Below are positions 30,401 to 42,400 of a stretch of DNA of 64,000 nt, piece after piece. This stretch comes from Balanoglossus misakiensis (lineage: Eukaryota > Animalia > Hemichordata), in assembly GCA_040954595.2 (NCBI GenBank), contig CM082594.2, positions 4,697,319 through 4,761,318 on the forward strand, read 5' to 3'. The position numbers and the translations under genes are program-made. Position 1 is the stretch's first letter. Every line of letters starts with the position of its first letter. Below the pieces are notes generated by a model. The model saw only the letters and a list, made by a program, of their open reading frames with translations. It was not told where the DNA came from and searched no databases.

Positions 30401-33400
30401 AAGGACATATGGTGGCGCTCTTTTTTCGCGTGTGCCACCCACTGAAAATCTGTGATTGGCTAGATCTCAAGTTTACCATGGTAACTGTAGCTAAACTTCA
30501 ATAGGTGACCGTGTATCTTTATGCAGCAGATCTGTGTAATGACTGATGGATCGCAACCACTCATAATGGTGCTGTGTTAAATTCCATCGTCCCGGTTGTC
30601 GGTTGTTAAGGAGTTGGGAATCCGCTGTGGCTTATGAAAAGTGAGCCTCGTGTCAATTACATGGTGTGTAAAAGAGAGCGCAGTCAATCAATCCATCAAA
30701 TGAGGTGTGGAGTTTAATGCCACTTGTATTGGCAACCCCCCGTATCAAGCTGTAATCCTTCGCGTAGCTTTCACACTCGGGCCTGATGGTACATACAGCG
30801 AAGAATCTGCGGACGCACTTCGCTTGATGGGGCACTATGATTTTTGAAATAGTAAATCAATAATCAGGTAAAATAAGACCACCTCAATAATAAGTATATC
30901 AAAACTTGTGAAGAATTATGAATCTGGAAGAGCACTCTGGGAGATTGTTATCACTTAAATATCATCATCTATGTCACTCTAAAATGTAGAAAACATCTAG
31001 GTTATCATTTTCCATTTTACTTTTTTCAGAAAAAAATATTCATACTATATGTTATTCTCAATGTGCTCTTGGTGCTATTCCCCCTAAAACTTGGTAGAAA
31101 TAGAGAATTCCTACTGACCGAATTTATTTTGAAATAGTGTGATACAGTCACACTCAGAAAGTTTTAGTCGTGTGCAAGCAACATTTGGAAGAAAATAAAA
31201 CAGTCTTTAACGGTGTTCAAAAAAAAACTCCATGCCATGAATAGTTTGTGTGATTAGAGAAAAATGTTCATCACACAAAAAAGTCCCACGGAAAGTTTAC
31301 AGAGACTTGTTTACACTCACATATATTCTATTTGAATCCAGTAAGGTTTAAAGTCGGTCGGTTTATTGAACTCGGAGTGTTTCATCATATTTTGCCAGGA
31401 TCATATTTCACTGGATGCTGAAAGAAAATATCATGTTTTTCAGACATCTCCCGAGAGTACTGTCCTGTTTTGACATTTGGTATTTTCAAATAATGTGAAA
31501 CCCCCAATGTTCAGGCACAGCTTCCTTGAATCCTGCATGCAAAATAGCTGCGCCCACAATTATCAGCTATTGCCTTAGGTTCATACAGAGTTAATAAAAA
31601 CTGTTTACCATTCACGAAATCTGCCATTATAGCTTCAGTTCATCGACTTTGATTTTTTTCAATGTATATAATTGCACACAAGAAACCTTTTTTATCTTTT
31701 CAAAGAGTGAACAGTTCACATTTGTAGACAGGGATGGTGGATAATGTGAAAGAAATTTAATTTAAACTTTTAGCAAAACAGATTAATTATGCAGTATTTT
31801 CATTCTTTTGATGAGATCACCAATTTATAGCAATTTACCATTTCTGATATTCAACATCCATTTATTTTTAATGCTTTCAAAGAAAAGGTTGCACTTTATG
31901 CAAGACTGAAGTTCATTGACTTCAGATGTTTTTATACATTTATGTTTTATCCTGACTTAAGGGATCCCAGTGGTTTTAATGGTTCTCTTAAGGAGGCTTG
32001 TCGTCTAACCCGTCTATTAAGAAGTTGAAGCCATCTTGATCCAATAAGCACTGCTCTCATTTGAAGTGTTTTAGGTTGCTACTTTAGTAACAGTGCACTC
32101 TTTATAAAAAGTCTCTGACATGTTACTATGTAACACTTTTGTTGATCAAGATTACTGGTGTTTTAGAGCACCAGAGTTGTCTGGCCTTTCTTTACAATGA
32201 TGTGCTGCTGATATAGTTTCTAAAGAAAGCAAGTTCAACCTGAGTACAGTGCCCTTTCCTCAAAAACTCTTTCAAATAAGTGGAAGAACTCCTGAGAAGT
32301 CCTTGAATTTTGAATGACTTTCAGTGAATGAACCTTGAGATACATGTACAGTATCCATAGATAATATATTCCAGAACCAAATTGACTGCACAGATAATTT
32401 CAAGGTGAGAAATTATCCCCTTTTGCAATGGGAATAAATTAGGATTTGAACTGGAAAAGTGAACTCTTGGTGTGTTCTCCTTGGAAAGGGTACAAAAACC
32501 CTGTTCTTGCATTACTGTCCATTACAAAACCATTACAAGATGCTTACACGTTGAATAATTCATCAACTATTAGTATTAACTGTTATATCAATAAATGTTT
32601 GGTTGTAGGTATTTATTTTTCAAATATAACTTAAATCTTGGAGAGCATTTATGTTACTATATCTTATTGTCTTTCAAACTGCAAATTATGTTTTAATCAG
32701 ATTCAATCCTATGTCCACCCTAATATTCTTGTTGATATGTGTACATTCAATGTCGATACTTGTTTTCCTTTCGTATCCATGTTATCTAGTCTTAAACTTA
32801 TTTTTGGGCTGTAACTCACCATTTTGTTGTGTTCAAAAGTATTAATCAAAATATCATACCTCATCAACCGATTTTTCAACATGTGCGCAGAAAGTGGATT
32901 TGTTGAACCAAGTAAGGATGTGTCACTCGTCTTTTTTGAGTCTTACCAATCAACAAATCTTATCTGATCACTAACTTTATTACTCTCTTTCCTAATACTC
33001 TCCACGATTTCTTGTTTCTCTGCGTCCATCCAGCTGTAACACAAATTGGGGATTTTCAGATTTTTGTTGTCAGCAATGTGAAGTTTCTTGTTGTGTGCGA
33101 AAATACAAACTAGATTACTGTATCCACTGACTGGTCACTATCAGAACAGCTTGATTGGTTACTGCGACTTTACATCAACCAATCACGGATTGTGCCAGTA
33201 TTTTAATTGGTTGATTTGAATACTCACTAGCCAATCAGATTTTGAGCAGAATGGAAGCAGAGGAACTTTTCCTCGATGTGTGTTCTGTGAATGTTGTGAT
33301 ATCCACTGCATTGTGCCACCAAAGTCTAGATGTGTTTTATCAAAGTTGATTAATTTCTAGATATCTTACGACAGATCAAATCTTTCAGAATGAAATTTGA

Positions 33401-36400
33401 TACCACATATTGTTCCAGCCTGATTCCTCAACCCTCCAAACAAAATTTTCTTGACTAACATGATTTTTGTCCGCTAACTGCATGTAACACTCCCAGTTCT
33501 TGTCCACTTAGAATTAATTAAATTTATCCGCAGAAAACTTGGATTGCAACTCTATAAAGTTAGATGGTATCCTCTTGTAGAACTTTTAGTTTACTTTCAA
33601 TATTTTCTGCTGCTTCTTTGATCTTTTTGGAATTTTGAAAACCCCTTCCTATTATTTTTGTAGCTTCTAATGGCTTCTGACGGAAATTTTTGAAGTATGC
33701 ATCACACATGAAATTGTTGTAATTTAACAGATGCCAGAGATTAAGTTTTAATTTCTAAAACAAATTAATATCTAGACTATTTTGGTGGAGCCTTTATAAC
33801 TACTCTTAGTGTCTTGTTATTGCATTAGTACAAATCTTCCACTCCCACCCAGCCCCCTCTCCAAGTGTAGTTTAACCCTTTCACCCCCAGTTCCCTCTTT
33901 AGAGGTCCAACCTTACCATAGAAAACAATTGGTTTGGACTGAACCATGGTGGTGAAAGGGTTTAATAATCCCATCAAATAATTTTATCTCAGGCGATCGT
34001 GCAAACGTTAAACCCAGATTTACTTCTAGACAGAACTTATATAAGTGTAATTTGCGACTCACTCTCTGCCCGTATTTTTTAGCCCATAGACTATGAAGGT
34101 TTTAAGTTATTTATGCAGACGTACCTTGATGTGGACATTATGCCTGAAGATCTGTGTCGGCATTTATTTCTGTCATTTGTCAAGAAAACGCCAGATGAGA
34201 CAAATAAAAACACACCGGGAAAAGAAGGTAGGCCGTTGATTCAAAGTTTCATGGACACCAATCTGATTAAAATCAGATGTAGGGAACGGGATGCTGTCGC
34301 CTCATAACACGTCGCCGCTCCCTACATCTGATTTTAATCAGATTGCATGGTCACCCCAGATGAAAATGTTTAAACTAATGAAATAATGTCTTATCCACAA
34401 AAATAGACTCTTTCAACACTGAGCTGATATTGCCCCATTGTCTGGAAATTTACATTTCTGGCTTTTTAATCTTAATTTTTTTCCTGTAACAGTTTTGCAA
34501 TAGTTTTGTGTGTCACCCAGCCTTTCTTGGTTTCTCTTTCCACACAGGATCAAGCAATAACACAGAAACTGCAACCACTAAGCCAATGCCCATACTCATC
34601 AGTGGCAACACGCCCGCTGGTTCGCCGAGTCATTCCCGCAGTTCGTCCAAAAAGTCAAACGCCTCAAATGGCTCCATCCATTCTGTGCATCAAATTAAAC
34701 CAACTTCCATACTGAAAAGTGAGTATGCGAACTTATCATTGTATATTATAAAGTGACCTTGTTTCCCCTGGAAATAACGGATAACTTCATTTGTATCGTG
34801 TCTTATAAAAGTGGCCATAATGTTCTTACTTTCTGGGAGTCAGTACATGCAGTTATTACCTTATCCAGAGTATATTGTGGAGAATTATTTTCCTATACCT
34901 GAATACTGTGTGCTCTTCGCCTTGTGAATTCCTATGAATTGAAAATTCAATCAAATTGCAGTCAAACCTGCAGTGTTAGTGGCCACTTTGTTACAGTCCC
35001 TTTGTTACAGTGCATTTTACATGTACATAAATTGTCCTGTCTATGAAGGCCAATTTGGTAAACTTCCTCAACTGGCCGCTATTTGACAGGTTTGACTGCA
35101 TACAGAATATCTACCACTGGAACTAATACTTAATAACCTGTGATGTCTGGTGTATAAACTTTCATTCTTGCTGCTGTTCTGTAGAAAACCCGCAAATTGC
35201 TCCCGCCAAAGCTTCCAAAAGACGAGTCCACAAGCGGAAGTCGAGGTCGTTACCGAGGTCGTTCTTCAGGAGGAACAAAGCGCTTATAGAACGCGAGGAG
35301 ACTTCCAGCGAGGAGGAGGAAGCAGCGTCGCCGCCCGGCCGCATTCCGCTCGACGGTCTGCATCCGGACGTGGCCAATCAAGTGGTGTACATGAAGGATA
35401 TCGTCTGTTATTTGTCGCTTCTGGAAGGAGGCAAACCTGAAGATAAACTAGAATGTAAGTGGCTGATGCTCGTGAAGTAGGTGTCAGGTTCTTGTGCCCC
35501 AGTTCTACCAAATGGCTGTGCTGTGTTAACGAATAAGGTTTGGCATATGTGCCAACCATATTGCCTAGATTCTAGGATCAAGAATGTAAGATAATGACTG
35601 CCACCATGAAAACAATTCATATTTGCCAGGCGTTTCCAATGATAGGCCAGTGTTATATAGGTGACATGTTTGTAGTTGAATGTAAAAGAAAAAAATTATA
35701 TTATATACTGATTTAGACATTTCTAATTAATGAATGTTTTTGTTTCTCCTACAGTTATGTTTCGACTATATGATACAGATGGCAATGGCCTTTTAGACAG
35801 CTCTGTGAGTATGAATCCCATTAAATTTATGCTCATGTGTAGTCAATTTAGGTATGGTGCATCATGAATAGAATAGAAACGCACGCAATCAGCTGGGAAT
35901 ATAAAGAAATTATAGGTCAGACAATTAAGTGGTACATGTAGTTGATTTATTTCACATCACAACATCTGGATCTACACAGTCACCTCCAATCCAACGCCAT
36001 ATTGGAGTTGTTCCATTGCGGCCATATTTTGACAGAAGATACCTGTGAGGGCGCTCCATGTTTACATATTAAGTTCACTGGGCAGGAGTGATGGAAGGTG
36101 AATGTATCAAGCTCCCAGTCTGGGTTTAAAATTCAAGTCTCGGAAATTATTATTTTTGAAAAGTAAAAAGATTGTGTCTTCCACCTGTAAGAACGTATAA
36201 CACTAACAAGACTGTGATTGAATGAAGAAAAAACTTGTGAAAGACAGCTCTGACAGCATAGACGAAAAAGTGATGTTATGCCCGGTGCACATAATATATG
36301 GGGTTGTAGGTCATAGTAATTCATGCGATCATGCATATCATATGCAAATATCAAGTTCCCTGGATTTTTTGTTCTCTGAAGTCGGTCTTCATGTTGTTGA

Positions 36401-39400
36401 AGTAAATTATTTAACGCCTGTCCGTTCTTTGAAGTGAATTTTTGAAGTAAGAGGAATTAATTGACACTGTTTTAGCTGCTGCGAAAATGTGAGCAGGGAT
36501 TTATTTTGAATTCCTGGAAAAGGCTGACTCGGCTTGGTGTAAACGCCGCAGGACGATTAATTTTCAATCTGAAGTACGATAATAAGATGCCCTCACTGAT
36601 CAGTAGCCATGAAATATTTATTGAACATGATACATAAACTGAGTGCCACTCAGACTTAATGGGACTAGATTGTGCCGACGACGATACACCCCGCGGTAGA
36701 ACGCACACACTGACCTTTGACCTTGATTTGTTTCGGCTCAAGGTGATTGAAATCTGTTCATTCAGCCATCAGCGACATTAAGTGATTTGATCAGTTTTAG
36801 AGTAATTCCCAACCATCAGAAACTCTAAGGAGTGTCAGTTTTATTATTATAATTATGTTTTGACAGGGTTTGCCATGATTTGAATATTTTAATTTAACAC
36901 TTACCTTGCCAGGTATGTTATGTATAGGAAATGATTTATCCAATTTTGGTGTGGTGAGGTAAATATTAATATCACAAAATATGAAACAGAGTAGTTCCAA
37001 GATATTCTCAACATTGATGCTTACTAAGGACAGCTATTTTATTTTCTATGTTTCTTATTGGCAGACTAAGCATGAGTTTTGGTTGATTTTTCTCTCTGAT
37101 GAAAATAAAAAATTAAATTCTCTGAATTTCTCATTCTTTTTGCAAGTGGGCAGGATAATTACATGTAACAGTTGATTCAGATCATACAAAGCAAAAAGTG
37201 ATGTTATCAGGTCAGATTAAACTCTAAATTTGGAAATTTCCATGGTAACGGTAACATACCGAGCCACTGACAAAATTGATAAGTGAAATTCAGCTGTTTT
37301 CTCATTGATTTCCGCTATTTTGAACGCGATGAGAAAATGGTGGAATTTTCAAACAGGAATACATGCATCTGCATCTCCAGCGCTGAGAGAAAAAACGCGC
37401 TTGATGTTAATAACTCCACTGCACAATAAATTTGGATGAAAAACTAGACACACTGATCCACTGTTTCACCGCAATGGATCATGTGACAAGAAGTTGGGTT
37501 CATCTCGTCCGTCAAATTGTAAATCACCATCGCGCTATAACCGCTTGTAAAGTTGAAAATAGATTGCTGCGACGGTGGGACTTAACGCCAACTCCCCAAG
37601 GTGGTTGCAACTTCCTGAAATGATGTATATCTATAAATTTGAGAAAAGCGTATTGATGTAGCCGAGGAATGGTAAAACGCTTGTATTCAATCTCAAACAT
37701 CAAAGGTTTTATTGTATCAGACCATTATTGAAATCAATTTTAATTAATTGGTATGATACATGTATGTGTACAATGTATGTTTTATTAACAATGAGAAAAG
37801 AGACATACTGGGATTTCAACTGGTTTTCATGTAGACACACATAACTGTACACATTATAGACTTTGTTGTTAAAAAATGAAGTTCTGTTTATTTTTCAGGA
37901 ACTCGATTGCATCGTTAATCAAATGATGCATGTTGCAGAATACCTGGGATGGGATGTTTCAGAGCTTAGACCAGTAAGTTGAATATCTTAGTCTTATTTT
38001 TATGATAAAAATACACGGCATGATTTCAGTTGTGGTAGTTCAGTATCAAGAATAGCATCTGATGAACAGTTCCACTATGATCATTTGACATTCACTCATG
38101 ATTGTCATCTGATGGAGTGCCACAACAGCAGTCCTGCCACAAAAAGAAACAAAATGGCCGTCAGTCGCATAGATTGTCTGTTAAAAAAATGTCGAACCCT
38201 TTGTTCTGCAGATTCTTCAGGATATGATGATAGAGATAGACTACGATTCAGATGGTACAGTCTCCCTGGAAGAGTGGATCCGAGGTGGGATGACAACGAT
38301 ACCATTGCTAGTATTATTAGGATTAGACACGGTAAGTATTGTCACATCTGTAATGTCGCTTACACGTACATGTACATGATGTGATTGCGAGAATTATAGT
38401 ACTTCTCAGCTGGTTTTGGGGCATTGCCCCTAGGAATTTTCCTCGCTTCCAAAACAGCAGCGTGTTTACACCTACAGTGATTTCTCAGCTGCATAGAAAC
38501 TCATAAACATCCCCTTAGGCAGGATTGACCCACTTCTTCGAGTAGCCGACCGCCAGATTGCTACTGTCGTCTTGGCCTTCTGACACATAAATGGGGGCCA
38601 CTCACCTTCACGTGTATTTACATGTACACACCTGTTTTCTGTGGTGTGTTCAGTCGCCTGATCATTTGATGAAAACATCATTCAGTTTTAGGTTTTTCCA
38701 TTCGACAAGCAGATGCACACTTGCATGTGTGACCTATAAAACCGAGAGAAAGAACTGAGATTTGAAGATTTTCACCAGACATTCATCGATTATAGCGTTT
38801 GGTTACCAGTAGCGGGGACAGAGGTCTTCTTAGAGGTCGCACACAAAAATAATTTCTCAGGAATATTATTATGAATTGTACCATTTTGTTTAATATTCAA
38901 TTTTTGGTGTCTCTTTTCTCCAATGCAGAATGTCAAAGATGATGGTAACCACGTGTGGAGATTAAAACACTTCAACAGACCAGCATATTGTAATCTTTGT
39001 CTTAATATGTTAGTTGGTCTGGGAAAGCAGGGACTTTGTTGTACATGTAAGTAAATCGGTGTGCATTGCCCACTTATACAACTTAGACAGACCAATCTGA
39101 TGAACTGTTAATTTGGGAGTTGGGCCGAAATATGTATTATACAAGTGTAACAAAGTGGCTCATTGGGTAGCAAGCCAGAGTGAACAAAAGTGAATAAATT
39201 TTGTGTATGTTTTTTTTATTTTGCTGTTGCAGTTTGTAAATATACAGTTCACGAAAGATGTGTACAGAGAGCACCTCCGTCTTGTATTAGTACATATGTG
39301 AAATCAAAGAGAACCAGTAATGTAAGTATATTCAAACAAAATCTTGAGTATATAATAAAAGATGCACCTCATCACAATGACTGATACCAGGTTGTTATTT

Positions 39401-42400
39401 ACAAATAATCTAATACAAGCGTTCATGTTTGTAGTCCAAGTGTGACATATTTTGCAAATTATCAATACTACTATTAGGTACATCTGTACAATATACTTTT
39501 AGGTGTAAATGTGATTATCAGCAATTGGGGTGTGATTTAAGACTGTGACATCTAGCAGGTAGATTTATAGCACACCCTGTTACGGTCTCATCCCCACACA
39601 ACTGTATATGGATCCAACTGCACTATTGAAAACTATAGGTTCGAACCAAATACTGGTGATAAACAGGGGGATTCAATTCTTGCCTGTCAACGGATCCTGT
39701 CTATCAATCAAAGGGGTTTTCAAGGGGCTTTAAAATTTGAGGTCAAATTTAAGATGGTAATTGAACAGATCCATTTTTTTATCACAAAAAAGGCTATTTT
39801 AGTGGCTGTAAAGTTTGATTTTCGATATTGACTGCGCATCTGTTCGATTGCAAGAATTCGTTCAATTTTTCTGTTGGATTGTCCTTTTTTTTGCCTAGAT
39901 GTTGCAGCATGCTGCGGCCTTGTTTAAAACACTGCTGATAATAAACTCCATGTTGATTTATGTCTGTCTGTCTGTCTGTCTGGTGCAGATAGCAACATGC
40001 AGCAACTATAGTCCTATTTCAAACAGTGCCAGCCCTCACGCAAACTAACACCTAAAAAGCCAATACAAAAAACTAACGTACAACCTAGATTGTTGAAAGC
40101 TAGTAGACTTCTGCATGCACATTGTGTTTTCTAGAACAACTTTCATCTGTTGCACTTTGAGACTATCAGCAATGTGTTGCTATGACAACTGATGATTCAT
40201 TACCATAGCAGCCTGATGAACTAACTTTTATGAACCTGACACAAAATGTTTATGCAATGTAAAATTTACTTTGCAAAAACTTTTTTTTCAGACCAAATTC
40301 AGGTTCCTACATACATGTACTAATAATACACATTTACATTTGATTGTCATGTTTCATGAGGGTGGCATACATTTGTAGATAGGATTTCAATTGTTATACT
40401 GTTAGGTTTACAGTTTCTTTTAATTTATTTTGAACCAGATTTTTCCAAAAGCTATTGCTTTTGTGTCTTTTTTTGCCCCCAAATGGTACATTTGTTTGTA
40501 ATGTCTTAGCTCCAGTGATTTTCATTTATATTACATACATGCAGTCAATGCCAAAAGGGGATCCCGAGACTTGGGGTGATGTACCGGTAGGTCAAAGGTC
40601 ATTTAATGTCCGCATTTTCATTGGTTATATGTATATCTGTGTTTGTTCCCTCCTCTCCATGCATGGTTGTCTTGGTAACCTGTCGCTGTCATGCACGTTA
40701 AAAGGAAATGCCCCCTCCTTGCCATGAAAAAAAGGAGAGAGTTTGTGGCATTTAATAGACGATTTTCCAGTAATGTCAAAGGTCAAGGATCAGAGTTCAC
40801 CAGTAATGTGCTTGACGTTACACAGATCCAGATCCTGGCAATGCAGAAATTAGGTGCAGTGTGTATAAAGGTGTGATGGTAGACAATCCAATTGCCCCAC
40901 AGTCACGTAGCAATATTACCCTCCATGGCATAAACCTCTTCCTGGTGGAAAAATAAACACCACAATTCACACATCTACCTTATGTCTTGAAAGTGGCTGT
41001 TGCTATGGTAACTGCCCTATCCGTATCCATATTCCCCATTCTGCATGTTTTTTATTATCACTGTACATCTTATTATGACCGTTTTCACGATATTGTCTGA
41101 ATTATTCAGTTGCACAAGACTGAAATGTCTGAGTGTGTCGTTCTCTTATATCAAGGGGCGATGCACTTAAAATTTTCACTCTTTTTAGATAATTTAGTTT
41201 GTTGCTTATCGATGCTTATTACAGGAACCAGTGAAAAACATGACTCACCATAAAAAAATTCTTTTGAAGAAGTTAGTTTTAACATGTCTGCTGGACGGTG
41301 TTCTTATGTTATCATGCACATTATTCTTGGTTTATATTTTTAAATTAGTTAACTAGAACACTGGCATTTAAATTATCACGAAGAGTGATTGGTGGATTCG
41401 TGCTGACATGTATCAAATTCCAAGTTGTGCCAACTTGTAGCAACTTATTTTAATATGCATGGAAAAGTTTAATTGTCACAATGAGTGATTGAGGCAGACA
41501 CATGTTACTAACTATTGCAACAAATTATGCATGGAAGGTGTTTCCTAATCTAATATGTAATGTTTCGTACTTCTTACCTTTGCTGTGTTTATCAACTACA
41601 ATCTCATAGTTTACTCTCCGCAATGAAATAAATAGGATGGATGTTTTCTTTTTTAGATTTTGGATAAAGTTGGTTTAGCTTATCCAAAAATTTACATATG
41701 ACCCTTGATTTTGCTATTGATTTTCAAACAGCTAAAATTTACATCTAATGGAGTAGTATTCAAAAGCATTTCCTATTTGTGAAAATAAAATTGGCGTACA
41801 TGTCGGTCAGAGATTTATAGTTAGTCCTGAATCGAGTTTTCCAGAGATTGAACATTCTGCTGCTACGCCGTTTTCAACCGAGCTGGAGCGTATTATGTTT
41901 GTGCACCACTGCAGAAAACCAATCACAAGCAGGAGTTTGTATCACACGGCCACATCGGCGCTGCATGCCCACACGCATACATGTATATTTTTGGCTGCTT
42001 GATGGGGCAGGCTCACGCAATCTTTCAGTGAGCCATTACGTGCTGCATAGACAGATTGGGTGACTCTAAGCGTGGAACAATTCAGCTGACAAGGAGATGT
42101 ATGTGGTGTACAGTGAGAAACGAACTCAGAAATATGCCCTACTAAAAATCACAGCCTTTCAAGTAAGCAAATAGCGCCCTCAATGGAGGCTAGGGGTAAA
42201 CGTTCTAAGTATCGGGCGACATACTCGGAAGCAAATTAATTTTCAAATCAGAGTAACAGCAATGTTTTTGCCAAAAGCCATTAAAAATGTAGTTTGCAGA
42301 TAGTTCCAGTCCGTAGGGGTTTGGATGTTTGCAAGGAATTATTTCTGATGGAGATTATCTGTAAACCAGAGCATAAACTCTTCCCGTTTGTGCTTGTACT

